Part shown: in pieces, positions 10,712 through 20,743 of the stretch
Position numbering within the stretch: the stretch's first letter is position 1
Layout: every line of letters starts with the position of its first letter
Assembly: GCA_963836205.1 (NCBI GenBank)
Contig: CAWIIV010000014.1
Location: 192,001-256,000 of the forward strand
DNA: 64,000 nucleotides
Direction of reading: 5' to 3'
Source of the DNA: an uncultured Acidimicrobiia bacterium
GTDB taxonomy: Bacteria; Actinomycetota; Acidimicrobiia; Acidimicrobiales; AC-14
Notes under the pieces: model-generated
Database searches by the model: none
Told to the model about the DNA's origin: nothing
Seen by the model: the letters and a program-made list of their open reading frames with translations, nothing else
Program-made: the position numbers and the translations under genes

Positions 10712-11994
10712 CGTTGGGCCTCGCCGTCGACGACGACCGGCTCGCCTCGCAGGATCGTGTGGCGGGCCCGGCCGGTGAGCTTGCGGCCGGCGTAGGGGGT
10801 GTTGCGGCTGCGGCTGGCCAGGGCGTCGGGGTCGACCACCCACACCACCGACGGGTCGATCACGCACAGGTTGGCCGGCCGGCCCTCGGCCACCGGTCCG
10901 CCGTGCACCCCCTCCAACCCGGCGATGCGGGCCGGCTGCCATGACAGCAACGCCAGCACCCGCTCGACGGGCAGGTCGAGCTCGCCCAGCGCCAGGGCGA
11001 GGGCCGTCTCCAGGCCCAGCATCCCCGGGGGGGCGTGGTCGAAGGGACGCTCCTTGTCCTCCGGCGCGTGGGGGGCGTGGTCGGTGGCGATGGCGTCGAC
11101 CGTGCCGTCGGCCAGGCCCGCCTTCACCGCGGCCACGTCGGAAGGCGTCCGCAGCGGGGGATTGACCTTGAACACCGAGTCGTACCCGGCCACCGATGCG
11201 TCCGTCAGCGTGAAGTGGTGAGGGGCGGCCTCGGCCGTCACCGCCAGCCCCGACGCCTTGGCCGCCCGCACCGCCGCGATCGACCCCGCCGTCGACAGGT
11301 GGAGGAAGTGCATGCGGCTCCCCAAAGGCGCCGTCAGACGGGCCAGGGCGATGTCGCGCATCACCATCAACTCCTCGGCCTCGGCCGGCACGCCCGGCAT
11401 GCCCAGCCGCGACGACCACTCCCCCTCGTGCATGTGGCCCCCCGCGGCCAGGGAGGCGTCCTCGCAGTGCTGGGCCAGGGTGACGCCGAGGGCCGACGCG
11501 TACTCCAGCGCCCGCCGCATGAGCCGCCCGTCCTGCACCCCCGTGCCGTCGTCGGTGAACAGGCGGACGCCGAGCTCGGCCATCTCCGCCATCGCCGCCA
11601 GCTCGATACCCCGCCGGCCCTTGGTGATGGCCCCCGCCACCCGCACGTCGCACACCGACGTGAGGCCCAGCTCCAGCACCTCCCGCACCGCGGAGGCGCA
11701 GTCGATGGCGGGCTCGGTGTTGGGCATGGCCACCACCGCGGTGAACCCCCCGAGGGCGGCGGCCCGGGCCCCCGTCTCCACCGTCTCCGCCTCCTCCCGC
11801 CCCGGCTGGCGCAGGTGGACGTGGAGGTCGACCAGCCCCGGCGCCACCACGCACCCCCCGGCGTCGAGCACCCGGGCGCCGGCGGGCACGTCGAGCGCCT
11901 CGCCCACCGCCACCACGACGCGCCCCTCGACGGCCACGTCGGCCCGCCGCGAGCCGGTGGCGTCGACCACCGTTCCCCCCCGGATGACGATCAC
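10708..11994 (-). CDS. pyrC: Dihydroorotase
   Basis: [36 protein letters not shown]. Confidence 0.96.
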   Translation of the reverse strand: MIVIRGGTVVDATGSRRADVAVEGRVVVAVGEALDVPAGARVLDAGGCVVAPGLVDLHVHLRQPGREEAETVETGARAAALGGFTAVVAMPNTEPAIDCASAVREVLELGLTSVCDVRVAGAITKGRRGIELAAMAEMAELGVRLFTDDGTGVQDGRLMRRALEYASALGVTLAQHCEDASLAAGGHMHEGEWSSRLGMPGVPAEAEELMVMRDIALARLTAPLGSRMHFLHLSTAGSIAAVRAAKASGLAVTAEAAPHHFTLTDASVAGYDSVFKVNPPLRTPSDVAAVKAGLADGTVDAIATDHAPHAPEDKERPFDHAPPGMLGLETALALALGELDLPVERVLALLSWQPARIAGLEGVHGGPVAEGRPANLCVIDPSVVWVVDPDALASRSRNTPYAGRKLTGRARHTILRGEPVVVDGEAQR

Positions 11995-12935
11995 TTGGGC
12001 GTCGCTCCCAGCAGGAGGAAGAGGACGGCCATGCGCACGGCCACGCCGTTGGCGACCTGGCGGGTGATGGTGGACCGGGGCAGGTCGGCCACGTCGGCCG
12101 CGATCTCCACCCCCCGGTTCATGGGGCCGGGGTGCATGACCAGGGCGTCGTCGGCCAGCAGCCGAGCACGATCGCGGGTCAGCCCGTAGCGGGCGGTGTA
12201 CTCCCGCAGCGACGGGAGCAAGGCCTCCGACTGGCGCTCGGCCTGGATGCGCAGCAGGTAGACGATGTCGGCCTTGGGCAGGACCGCGTCGAGGTCGTGG
12301 CTCACCGCCACCGGCCACCCGTCCAACGACGGTGGGAGCAGCGTGGGCGGCGCCACCAGGGTGACCTCGGCCCCGAGCATGGAGAACGCCAAAACGTTGG
12401 ACCGGGCCACCCGGGAGTGCTTGACGTCGCCCACGATGGCGATGCGCAGCCCGCCCAGAGGGCCCCGCTCCTTCTGGATCGTGAAGCAGTCGAGCAGGGC
12501 CTGGGTGGGGTGCTCGTGCCAGCCGTCGCCGGCGTTGATCACCGAGCAGTCGACCCACGACGCCACCTGCCAGGGCACGCCCGCCGACGAGTGGCGGACG
12601 ACGATGGCGTCGACCCCCATGGCCTCGATGGTCTGGACCGTGTCGCGGAGCGACTCGCCCTTCTTCACCGACGACGTGGAAACCGAGAAGTTCATGGTGT
12701 CGGCCGACAGGCCCTTGGCCGCGGCCTCGAACGACAGCCGGGTGCGGGTGGACTCCTCGAAGAAGAGCGACACCACCGTCTTGCCCCGCAGGGCGGGGAC
12801 CTTGGGCATGGCCCGCTGGCTGACCTCGACGAAGGAGTCGCTGACCCGGAGCACCTCCTCGATCCCGTCCGCCCCCAGGTCGGCCACCGACAGCAGGTGC
12901 CCAGGCGGATTGACCTGGGCCACCCGGGCGGTCAC
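11991..12935 (-). CDS. pyrB: Aspartate carbamoyltransferase catalytic subunit
   Basis: [38 protein letters not shown]. Confidence 0.97.
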   Translation of the reverse strand: MTARVAQVNPPGHLLSVADLGADGIEEVLRVSDSFVEVSQRAMPKVPALRGKTVVSLFFEESTRTRLSFEAAAKGLSADTMNFSVSTSSVKKGESLRDTVQTIEAMGVDAIVVRHSSAGVPWQVASWVDCSVINAGDGWHEHPTQALLDCFTIQKERGPLGGLRIAIVGDVKHSRVARSNVLAFSMLGAEVTLVAPPTLLPPSLDGWPVAVSHDLDAVLPKADIVYLLRIQAERQSEALLPSLREYTARYGLTRDRARLLADDALVMHPGPMNRGVEIAADVADLPRSTITRQVANGVAVRMAVLFLLLGATPK

Positions 12936-13429
12936 TTCTTCACCCCCACGTCGACCCCGTCGTCGCGCACGTCGACCACCTCGTCACGGCGGGTGGGGAG
13001 GTTCTTGCCCACGAAGTCGGGGCGGATGGGCAGCTCCCGGTGGCCCCGGTCGACCATCACCGCCAGCTGCACCGCCCGGGGCCGGCCGTAGTCGTTGAGG
13101 GCGTCGAGGGCGGCCCGCACCGTGCGCCCGGTGAAGAGCACGTCGTCGACCAGCACCACCACCCGGCCCGACAGGTCGACGGGGATGTCGGTGACGGCCT
13201 GGGGCATCACCGGCCGCAGCCCGATGTCGTCGCGGTAGAAGGTGGCGTCGACGCTGCCGACCGGCACGTCCACCCCCTCCACCCGGGTCAGGGCCTCGGC
13301 CAGGCGCCGGGCCAGGGGCACGCCCCCGGTCTGGAGCCCCACCAGCACCACCCCGTCGAGGCCGTGGTTGCGTTCGACGATCTCGTGGGCGATGCGGGTG
13401 ACGGCCCGGCGCAGGTCCTCGGCGTCCAT
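12932..13429 (-). CDS. pyrR: Pyr operon regulator / uracil phosphoribosyltransferase
   Basis: [44 protein letters not shown]; start uncertain by a few codons. Confidence 0.95.
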   Translation of the reverse strand: MDAEDLRRAVTRIAHEIVERNHGLDGVVLVGLQTGGVPLARRLAEALTRVEGVDVPVGSVDATFYRDDIGLRPVMPQAVTDIPVDLSGRVVVLVDDVLFTGRTVRAALDALNDYGRPRAVQLAVMVDRGHRELPIRPDFVGKNLPTRRDEVVDVRDDGVDVGVKK

Positions 13430-13444
13430 CACCTGGCTGCGGGC

Positions 13445-13471
13445 AACGAAAACGCCCCCGTACGGGGGCGT
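13445..13471 (-). terminator. Leader intrinsic terminator (attenuator) upstream of pyrR
   Basis: Minus strand: acgcccccgtacgggggcgt perfect hairpin followed by a T-rich tail (tttcgtt). Confidence 0.65.
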
Positions 13472-13513
13472 CGCAGCGCGTTCTCGTTCGGCCAAATCCT
13501 GGCTCCTCGGTGT

Positions 13514-13546
13514 CCGTGCCGGCCTCTCGGGACCGGCGTTAACGGG
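13514..13546 (-). promoter_or_regulatory. PyrR binding loop (pyr leader RNA element)
   Basis: Minus strand CCCGUUAACGCCGGUCCCGAGAGGCCGGCACGG resembles the UUAA...RUCCNGNGAGGY consensus and lies in the pyrR leader. Confidence 0.75.
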
Positions 13547-13557
13547 CTGGACGCAGT

Positions 13558-13938
13558 TTACCGCACCACCCGGATGGTGACCTCGAACCGCTCCGGCGTT
13601 CCCCCGGTGGTGCGCTCGGCCGACACCACCACCCCGGCGGTCACCTCGAGGGGGATGTAGGTGACTGTCACCGACCCGTCGGGCTCCACTCGGGAGTTGA
13701 CCACGGCCAGGGACCCGGCGTTGGCCTGGGGCAGGCTCCACGGGGCGTCGGGTGAGCCCTGGAGGTCGAGGACGAACGGCTCGTTGGGCGGGACGACGAC
13801 CTCGCCGCCGTTGTCGGCCTCGGTGACGGCCGCGTCCCGACGGCGGCCCCCGTCGTCGTCGATCACCAAGGCGTAGACGGCGTACCCGACGACGACCACG
13901 AGAGTCAGGACGACCAGGACCACCAGGCGTTTCCTCAC
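13558..13938 (-). CDS. Membrane-anchored small beta-sandwich protein, weakly chagasin/I42 inhibitor-like
   Basis: N-terminal TM helix; [19 protein letters not shown]...W...FEVTIRV pattern; GTGA overlap with nusB. Confidence 0.55.
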   Translation of the reverse strand: MRKRLVVLVVLTLVVVVGYAVYALVIDDDGGRRRDAAVTEADNGGEVVVPPNEPFVLDLQGSPDAPWSLPQANAGSLAVVNSRVEPDGSVTVTYIPLEVTAGVVVSAERTTGGTPERFEVTIRVVR

Positions 13939-14423
13939 AGCTCGTCGGGCTCCTCGTCGAACGGGACCGGCTCGGGCAGGTCGGGCGCGGGGCCGATGAC
14001 CACCGACGCGGCCCTGGAGCCGGGCCGGACCTCGGCTGCGATGGCGGCCAGGACCCCGTTCACGAACCGGCTGGAGTCGTCGGTGGAGTAGCGCTGGGCC
14101 AGCTCGACGGCCTCGGAGATGACGGCGCCGGTGGGCACGTCGGGACGGAAGGCCAGCTCGTAGACGCCCATGCGGAGCAGGGCCCGGTCGAGGGCGGGCA
14201 TGCGCTCGAGGGCCCAGTCGCGGGCGAAGCGGACGATCCACCCGTCGACCTCGTCCTGGTGCTCGCCCACGCCGAGGACCAGCGCCGACGCGAACGGGGC
14301 CGGCTCCACCGGTAGGTCGGCCACCACCGCGGCCGGGGTGACGCCCTTGGTCTCCGCCTCGTAGAGCAACGACAGGGCCCGCTCCCGGGCCTGGCGGCGG
14401 GTGGCGGCCAGGGCGCGCACCAC
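13935..14423 (-). CDS. nusB: Transcription antitermination factor NusB
   Basis: [49 protein letters not shown]. Confidence 0.95.
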   Translation of the reverse strand: MVRALAATRRQARERALSLLYEAETKGVTPAAVVADLPVEPAPFASALVLGVGEHQDEVDGWIVRFARDWALERMPALDRALLRMGVYELAFRPDVPTGAVISEAVELAQRYSTDDSSRFVNGVLAAIAAEVRPGSRAASVVIGPAPDLPEPVPFDEEPDEL

Positions 14424-14434
14424 GACGAGCCGCC

Positions 14435-15001
14435 CTAGACCCGCGTCAGGTAGTCGCCCGAACGGGTGTCGACCTTGATGCGGTCGCCGGGGTTGACGAA
14501 CAAGGGCACCTGCACCACCAGCCCCGTCTCCAGGGTGGCCGGCTTGCGGGCACCCGAGACCCGGTCGCCCTGCACCCCGGGCTCGGTCTCGGCCACCGCC
14601 AGCTCGACCGCGGCGGGGAGGTCGACGCCCACCACCTCGTCCTCGTTGGCCACCTGGAGGATGGCCGAGTCGCCCTCCTTGAGGTACTTGGACGACACCG
14701 CCATCACGTCCTCGTCGACGTGGATCTGGTCGTACGTGGTGTTGTCCATGAACACGTGGTACGTGCCCTCGCGGTAGAGGAACTGCATCTCCCGCTTGTC
14801 GATGTTGGTCTGCTCGAGCTTCTCGTCGGCCCGGTAGGTGCGGTCGAGGACGGCCCCGGTACGCACGTTCTTGAGCTTGGTGCGCACGAAGGCGCCGCCC
14901 TTGCCCGGCTTCACGTGCTGGAACTCGACGACCGTGAACAGCCCCTCCGGCAGCTGGAGGGCCATGCCGTTCTTCAGGTCGTTGGTGGAGACGTTGGGCA
15001 C
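14435..15001 (-). CDS. efp: Elongation factor P
   Basis: FQHVKPGKGGAFVRTKLKN, KPATLETG, VPLFV. Confidence 0.98.
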   Translation of the reverse strand: MPNVSTNDLKNGMALQLPEGLFTVVEFQHVKPGKGGAFVRTKLKNVRTGAVLDRTYRADEKLEQTNIDKREMQFLYREGTYHVFMDNTTYDQIHVDEDVMAVSSKYLKEGDSAILQVANEDEVVGVDLPAAVELAVAETEPGVQGDRVSGARKPATLETGLVVQVPLFVNPGDRIKVDTRSGDYLTRV

Positions 15002-15002
15002 G

Positions 15003-16112
15003 TCAGGCCACCACCAGATCCTTGGGGGCGTTGGTGAGCACGGTGCAGCCTTCCTCGGTGACGACGACGGTGTCCTCGATGCGGACGCCGCCGTACTCGG
15101 GCAGGTAGACGCCGGGCTCCACGGTGACGACCCAGCCCGCGCCCAGCGTGTCGGTGGACAGGGACGACACCCGGGGCATCTCGTGGATGTCGAGCCCGAC
15201 GCCGTGGCCGGTGCTGTGGAGAAAGGCGTCGGCCCAGCCCGCCTCGGCGATGATCGCCCGGCAGGCCTCGTCGACGGCCTTGGCCTCCACGCCCGCCCTG
15301 ACCGCGTCGACGCCCGCCCGCTGGCTCTCGGCCACCACGTCGGCCATGCGGGCGGCGGTGGCGGTGGCGGGCTCGCCCACGCACAGGGTGCGGGTCATGT
15401 CGGAGCAGTAGCCGTCGACGATGGCGCCGAAGTCGATGACGATCAGCTCGCCGGGGCCGATGCGGCGGTCGCTCGGGCGGTGGTGGGGCTTGGCCCCGTT
15501 GGGACCCGAGGCCACGATCGTCTCGAACGAGGAGCCGGCCGCGCCCAGCCGCCGCATCTCGAAGTCGAGGTCGAGGGCGATCTCCCGCTCGGTCGGGCCC
15601 TCGGCCAGGCGGGGCCGGACCTTGGCCAGGGCGTCGTCGGCGATGCGGGCGGCCTCCGCCATGCGGGCCACCTCGCCCGCGTCCTTGGTCCGGCGCAGGT
15701 CCTCGACCAGGCCCTCGGTGGCCACCAGCTCGGCCTCGGGGAACCAGTCGGTGGCGTAGCGGCGCTGCTGGGCCCAGGTGACGGCGTCGGCCTCCAGGCC
15801 CAGCCGGGGGATCCCGGCCGCCGCCGCCTGGAGGTAGTCCTTCTGGGCCCCGCCGGTGAGGCCCACGTGGAGGTGGAAGTCGACGCCCGCCGCGGTGAGC
15901 TGCTCGACGGCCTGGTCGCCATAGCGGCCGTCGGTGACGAAGAGCATCCCGTCGGCGGTGAGGAGCACGAGGGCGGCGGAGCCGGTGAAGCCGGTGAGGT
16001 AGCGGACGTTGACCATGTGGGTGACGAGCAGGGCGTCGCACCCGGCCTCGTCGAACCGGGTCCGCAGCCGCCCGACGCGAGCAGCGACGTCCATCTTCGG
16101 AAGGGAAGTCAT
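15003..16112 (-). CDS. Xaa-Pro aminopeptidase (M24 family)
   Basis: YLTGFTGS, DFGA..DGYCSDMTRT, HSTGHGVGLDIHE, TVEPGVY, GGVRIED. Confidence 0.93.
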   Translation of the reverse strand: MTSLPKMDVAARVGRLRTRFDEAGCDALLVTHMVNVRYLTGFTGSAALVLLTADGMLFVTDGRYGDQAVEQLTAAGVDFHLHVGLTGGAQKDYLQAAAAGIPRLGLEADAVTWAQQRRYATDWFPEAELVATEGLVEDLRRTKDAGEVARMAEAARIADDALAKVRPRLAEGPTEREIALDLDFEMRRLGAAGSSFETIVASGPNGAKPHHRPSDRRIGPGELIVIDFGAIVDGYCSDMTRTLCVGEPATATAARMADVVAESQRAGVDAVRAGVEAKAVDEACRAIIAEAGWADAFLHSTGHGVGLDIHEMPRVSSLSTDTLGAGWVVTVEPGVYLPEYGGVRIEDTVVVTEEGCTVLTNAPKDLVVA

Positions 16113-16627
16113 CCCAACAACCTTGCCACGGCCTCGACGGCCAGTTCGTACCCGTGGCCTCTGAACCCGGCCACGGTGCCGTCGGCGACGGGCGCGATCA
16201 CCGACGTGTGCCGCCACGGCTCCCGGGCGTAGGGGTTGGACACATGGAGCTCGACCACCGGCCCGTCGAAGGCGGCCAGGGCGTCGTGCAGCGACCAGGC
16301 GTAGTGGCCGAAGGCGCCGGGGTTGACGATCACGGCCGCCGCCCGCCCCCGGGCGGCGTGGATCGCCTCCACCAGCTCGCCCTCGAAGTTGGACTGGAGG
16401 TGCTCGAGGTCGAGCCCGTGGCGGTCGGCCGCGGCCCGGGCCCGGCCCACGAAGTCGTCGAGCGTGTCGGTGCCGTAGAACTCGGGGTCGCGCCGGCCGA
16501 ACAGGTTGAGGTTGGCCCCGCTCAGGAGCAGGACGATCGGCCGCCCCCCCTCCCCCTCCGAACCGGTGACACTTTCCGCCCTCTGAGGACCTTCAGCGTC
16601 ACCGGTTGCCGGTGTGTCGGCGGTCAC
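16109..16627 (-). CDS. aroQ: Type II 3-dehydroquinate dehydratase (N-terminal extension contains a palindromic repeat)
   Basis: GANLNLFGRRDPEFYG, QSNFEGELV, NPGAFGHY, ELHVSNPYAREPWRH. Confidence 0.93.
   Translation of the reverse strand: MTADTPATGDAEGPQRAESVTGSEGEGGRPIVLLLSGANLNLFGRRDPEFYGTDTLDDFVGRARAAADRHGLDLEHLQSNFEGELVEAIHAARGRAAAVIVNPGAFGHYAWSLHDALAAFDGPVVELHVSNPYAREPWRHTSVIAPVADGTVAGFRGHGYELAVEAVARLLG
16561..16607. repeat. Palindromic REP-like element family A, copy inside the aroQ 5' end
   Basis: aaccggtgacactttccgccctctgaggaccttcagcgtcaccggtt; perfect 10-bp terminal inverted repeats. Confidence 0.8.
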
Positions 16628-17652
16628 GGGCGCATCTCCTCGTCGAGGACGGCGGCGACCGCGCCCGAGTCGACGTCGTCCACGACTTCCAGGCCGCGGG
16701 GGCCGTCGAGGACGAACGTGAGGTGGCCGGGGTCCAGACCCTTCCTGGCGACCTTCTTGTCGCGGCCCATGACCTGGACCAGCTCGGTGGTGTCGGCGTC
16801 GGCGGGCAGGACCGAGGGCAGGTCGTAGCCGTCGACCACGGCCAGGTGCTCGTCGACCCGCTCGTCGTCGACCCGTCGCAGGCGGCGGGCCAGGCGGGCG
16901 GCGAAGACCAACCCGACGGCCACCGCCTCGCCGTGGCGGAGGTCGTAGTGGCCGGTGGTCTCCAGGGCATGGGCCAGGGTGTGGCCGTAGTTGAGGAGGG
17001 CCCGGCGGCCGGTTGTGTCGCGCTCGTCGGGCCCGACGTGGTCGGCCTTGCACCGCACGCAGGCGGCCACCGCCTCGTCCAACGGAAGGTCGGGCAGGTT
17101 GTCGACCCCCAGGAAGGCGTACTTGGCCATCTCCCCCAGCCCGCTGCGATACTCGCGGGGAGGGAGGGTGCCGAGCAGCTCGATGTCGCACAGCACCGCC
17201 GACGGCTGCCAGAACGCCCCCACCAGGTTTTTTCCCTCGGGCAGGTTGACGCCCGTCTTGCCCCCGATGGCGGCGTCGACCATGCCCAGCAGGGTCGTGG
17301 ACACGTGCACCACCCTCACCCCCCGGTGGTAGACGGCCGCCGCGAAGCCGGCGGTGTCGGTGACCACCCCCCCGCCCACGGCGACGACCACGTCGGACCG
17401 GGTGAGGCCCCACCGGGAGAAGGCCCGGCACAGCTCCTCCACGCTCTCCATGCACTTGGCGTCCTCGCCCGGGTCGAGGAGGAAGGTGCACTGCTCGAGG
17501 CCGGCGTCGACCGGGAAGTCGGTTCCCTCCTGGGCCACGATCGCGGCCCGGGTGGCGCCGGTGGGGATCACCTCGGTGAGGCGGTGGCGGGCGCCGGGGC
17601 CGACGAGCACGTCGTACGACCGCTCACCCAGGTCGACGGGGACGGTGATCAT
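16624..17652 (-). CDS. aroB: 3-dehydroquinate synthase
   Basis: GGGVVTDTAGF, TTLLGMVDAAIGGKTGVN, KNLVGAF, LNYGHTLAHA, HGEAV. Confidence 0.96.
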   Translation of the reverse strand: MITVPVDLGERSYDVLVGPGARHRLTEVIPTGATRAAIVAQEGTDFPVDAGLEQCTFLLDPGEDAKCMESVEELCRAFSRWGLTRSDVVVAVGGGVVTDTAGFAAAVYHRGVRVVHVSTTLLGMVDAAIGGKTGVNLPEGKNLVGAFWQPSAVLCDIELLGTLPPREYRSGLGEMAKYAFLGVDNLPDLPLDEAVAACVRCKADHVGPDERDTTGRRALLNYGHTLAHALETTGHYDLRHGEAVAVGLVFAARLARRLRRVDDERVDEHLAVVDGYDLPSVLPADADTTELVQVMGRDKKVARKGLDPGHLTFVLDGPRGLEVVDDVDSGAVAAVLDEEMRP

Positions 17653-18194
17653 CGGGCGAGCGCAGACAGGCCGAGGGCCTGGACGATGCGCTCGGTGACG
17701 TGGTCGGCGGAATGGTCGTTGTCGACGTCGACGACGAGGTCGGCGACCTGCTGGTAGAGCGGCCGGCGTTCGGCGTCGAGGCGGCGCATGGCTCCCGCAG
17801 GGTCGCCCGCGAGAAGGGGCCGGCCTTCGCCCTTGCGGACCCGGGCGATGAGCGTCTCCACCGGCGCCCGCAGCCACACCACCGGCCGATGGTCGTGGAG
17901 CAGGTTCCGGTTGCCCTCGTCGAGGACCACGCCCCCGGCCGCCGCCACCACCTTCGGGGTCGAAGACGCCAGGGCGTCGGCCAGCACCTGGCGCTCGAGC
18001 AGGCGGAAGGCGGCCTCGCCGTCGGACCGCCAGATCTCGGGGACGGTGCGGCCGGTCATGGCCTCCACCTGGCGGTCGCTGTCGAACAGCTCCCAGTCGA
18101 GGCGGCGGGCCAGGCGTCGCCCGACGGCCGACTTGCCCGCGCCCATCATCCCCACCAGCACGATCGACGACGGGGGCGCCACCGGGTCGGCCAC
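17649..18194 (-). CDS. aroK: Shikimate kinase
   Basis: LVGMMGAGKS, GEAAFR..E, GGGVV-like motif, RPLL, R.PLY. Confidence 0.93.
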   Translation of the reverse strand: MADPVAPPSSIVLVGMMGAGKSAVGRRLARRLDWELFDSDRQVEAMTGRTVPEIWRSDGEAAFRLLERQVLADALASSTPKVVAAAGGVVLDEGNRNLLHDHRPVVWLRAPVETLIARVRKGEGRPLLAGDPAGAMRRLDAERRPLYQQVADLVVDVDNDHSADHVTERIVQALGLSALAR

Positions 18195-19360
18195 TAGCTG
18201 AGGGAGTCGATGAACGACCGGTGGTTGCGGACCAGCTCCGCCACCGAGTCGCCGCCGAACTTGCGCAGGGCCTCGCCGGCGAGCACCAGGGCGACCATGG
18301 TCTCCGCGACCACGCCCGCGGCCGGCACCGCGGTGACGTCGGTGCGTTCCTTGAACGAGACGGTGGCCTCCTTGGTCTCCACGTCGACGGTCTTGAGCAC
18401 GGGCCGGTTGAGGGTGGACAGCGGCTTCATGGCGGCCCGAGCCACCAGCAGGTCGCCGGTGGACATCCCCCCCTCGACCCCCCCCGCCCGGGCCGTCTCC
18501 CGCCGGTAGACGCCTTCCCCGGCGTCCCAGAAGATCTCGTCGTGGGCCTGCGATCCCCGCCGCCCGGCCCCGTCGAAGCCCTCGCCGATCTCCACCGCCT
18601 TCATGGCCGGGATGCTCATCAGGGCGTGGGCCAGGAGGGCGTCGAGGCGGCGGTCCCAGTGGACGTGGCTGCCCAGGCCCACCGGCACCCCGTAGCCGAG
18701 CACCTCCACCACCCCGCCGAGGGAGTCGCCCTCCTTCGCCGCGGCCTTGATCTCGGAGATCATGGCCTCCTCGTCGGCCGGGTCGTTGACCCGCACCGGC
18801 GACTCGTCGATACGGGCCAGGTCGACCATCCTCGGCCGTCCCGATCCATTGGCGGGCGACTTGGCCACCACCGACCCCATCTGGATGACGTGGGACAGGA
18901 TCGACACGCCGAGGTGGGACAGGAGAGCCTTGGCACAGGCGCCCGCCGCCACCCGGGCCGCCGTCTCCCGGGCCGAGGCCCGCTCGAGCACGTCGCGGGC
19001 GTCGGTGAAGCCGTACTTCTGCATGCCGGCCAGGTCGGCGTGGCCGGGGCGGGGCCGGGTGAGGGGCTTCTCCGTCTTCCCCGGGCCGGGCGACATCTCC
19101 TGCTCCCACTTGGGCCACTCGGTGTTGCCGATCTCCAACGCCACCGGCGAGCCGAGGGTGCGCCCGTGGCGGACGCCGCCCAGGATGGTGAGCTCGTCCT
19201 GCTCGAAGCGCATCCGCGGTCCCCGGCCGTAGCCCAGGCGGCGGCGCGCCAGCTCGGCCTGGATCTCCTCGGCCGTGATCTCCAGCCCCGCGGGCAGCCC
19301 TTCGATGGTGACGAGCAGGGCCCGCCCGTGGGATTCGCCGGCGGTGAGGAAGCGGAGCAC
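18194..19360 (-). CDS. aroC: Chorismate synthase
   Basis: [32 protein letters not shown]. Confidence 0.97.
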   Translation of the reverse strand: MLRFLTAGESHGRALLVTIEGLPAGLEITAEEIQAELARRRLGYGRGPRMRFEQDELTILGGVRHGRTLGSPVALEIGNTEWPKWEQEMSPGPGKTEKPLTRPRPGHADLAGMQKYGFTDARDVLERASARETAARVAAGACAKALLSHLGVSILSHVIQMGSVVAKSPANGSGRPRMVDLARIDESPVRVNDPADEEAMISEIKAAAKEGDSLGGVVEVLGYGVPVGLGSHVHWDRRLDALLAHALMSIPAMKAVEIGEGFDGAGRRGSQAHDEIFWDAGEGVYRRETARAGGVEGGMSTGDLLVARAAMKPLSTLNRPVLKTVDVETKEATVSFKERTDVTAVPAAGVVAETMVALVLAGEALRKFGGDSVAELVRNHRSFIDSLS

Positions 19361-19505
19361 GCCCACGAATCTACCGGCGGCGACACTCGATCCCAGGGAG
19401 TTGCGTGCGACTGCCCCAAGGCTCGTTCGGGTAGAGGTCCCGGCAGTAGCGTCGAGACGAGACCCCACGCTGGCTGGTGGGCTTCCCAAGGAGGATGACC
19501 GCGAG

Positions 19506-20003
19506 ATGCGATTCCGTCAGTTCGTCGGAGTGCTCCTTGTGGGAGCGGTAGCGCTGGTCGGTTGCGGCGACGACGACGACGGCGACACCGCGTCGACGGC
19601 GACGACCGTGGAGTCGACGGCCACCACCAGCGGGAACTCGAACGGGAACGCCGACGACCGGGCCCGGTGCGCCGAGGCCGCGACAGCCATGGCCCAGGCC
19701 GCCACCGACATCCCCCTGGCCCTCACCGGCACCTCGGCCAGCCTGCGGGAGTCGGTCGACAAGTTCAAGGCATTCGCCGACTCTGGTCCGTCGGAGATCC
19801 GGAGCGACCTGCAGACGGTCGCCGCCGGCTACGACGGCTTCGTGAAGGTCCTGGCCGACGCCGGCTACAACCCCGCCAGCGGACAGGCGCCGTCGGCGGA
19901 CGAAGCGGCCAAGATCCAGGCCGCGGCCAACAGCCTGGCCGGTGCCGACTTCCAGGCCGCCGTGGGCCGGGTGCAGGCCTACTTCGCCAGCAACTGCGAC
20001 TGA
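19506..20003 (+). CDS. Hypothetical lipoprotein
   Basis: AGGAGG RBS; lipobox LVGC followed by an acidic/Thr linker; helical domain with a Cys pair. Confidence 0.75.
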   Translation: MRFRQFVGVLLVGAVALVGCGDDDDGDTASTATTVESTATTSGNSNGNADDRARCAEAATAMAQAATDIPLALTGTSASLRESVDKFKAFADSGPSEIRSDLQTVAAGYDGFVKVLADAGYNPASGQAPSADEAAKIQAAANSLAGADFQAAVGRVQAYFASNCD

Positions 20004-20025
20004 CCCGACGCCAGGCAGCCGGGGG

Positions 20026-20712
20026 TCAGCCCCCGAACCACATGCGGATGATCTGGTCGCCGAAGAGGACGGCCAGCACGGAGCCGCCCGCAAGGAACGG
20101 GCCGAAGGGCACCGCGTCCTTGCGGGTGCGGATCCGCGTCACCACCAGGCCGACCCCGATCACCGCCCCCAACAGGAAGCCGAGGAAGACCCCGGTGAGC
20201 ACGTGGCGGAGGCTGAGCCAGCCGAGGAACAGCCCCAGCACGAACGCCAGCCGCACGTCGCCGAAGCCCATCCCCGCGGGCGAGATGAGGTGGACGATCA
20301 ACAGCCCCAGCCAGGCCAGGCCGGCCCCGATCAGCGCCTGGCGCAGCCGGCCCCAGTCACCCTCGGCCCCGGCCGCGATCGCCAGCAGGGGCACCGACAC
20401 GAAGATCGTCGGGTAGACGAGGCGGTTGGGGATGATGTGGAGGTCGAAGTCGATGACGCTGATGGCCAGCAGCGAGGTGAAGAACACCAGGTAGGCGGGC
20501 AGGGCCCAGTCGGCCCCGAAGCGGAGGGTGGCCGCCGCCCACAACAGGCCGCAGGCGACCTGCACCACCAGCGTGCGCCGCGAGCCAGGTCGCAGGCGCA
20601 GGCCGAGCGGCCGCAGCGGCTTCTTGGCGGGGATGCGCTCGACGAGGACGTCGACCAGCAGGCCCACGGCCAGTCCCACCACGCCGAGGGCGACCGCCGC
20701 CCATGCCCTCAC
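20026..20712 (-). CDS. Prepilin peptidase (A24 family), lacking the Zn-binding Cys domain
   Basis: ISVIDFDLHIIPN, GMGFGDVRL, VPFGPFL; multiple TM helices. Confidence 0.88.
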   Translation of the reverse strand: MRAWAAVALGVVGLAVGLLVDVLVERIPAKKPLRPLGLRLRPGSRRTLVVQVACGLLWAAATLRFGADWALPAYLVFFTSLLAISVIDFDLHIIPNRLVYPTIFVSVPLLAIAAGAEGDWGRLRQALIGAGLAWLGLLIVHLISPAGMGFGDVRLAFVLGLFLGWLSLRHVLTGVFLGFLLGAVIGVGLVVTRIRTRKDAVPFGPFLAGGSVLAVLFGDQIIRMWFGG

Positions 20713-20743
20713 CCCGCCCCGGTCCCCATGTAGACCTCAGTCT

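Noticed and set aside
20026-20712. Type IV pilus locus
   Set aside because: A lone A24 peptidase between aroE and aroC is a common actinobacterial arrangement; no pilin or assembly genes here
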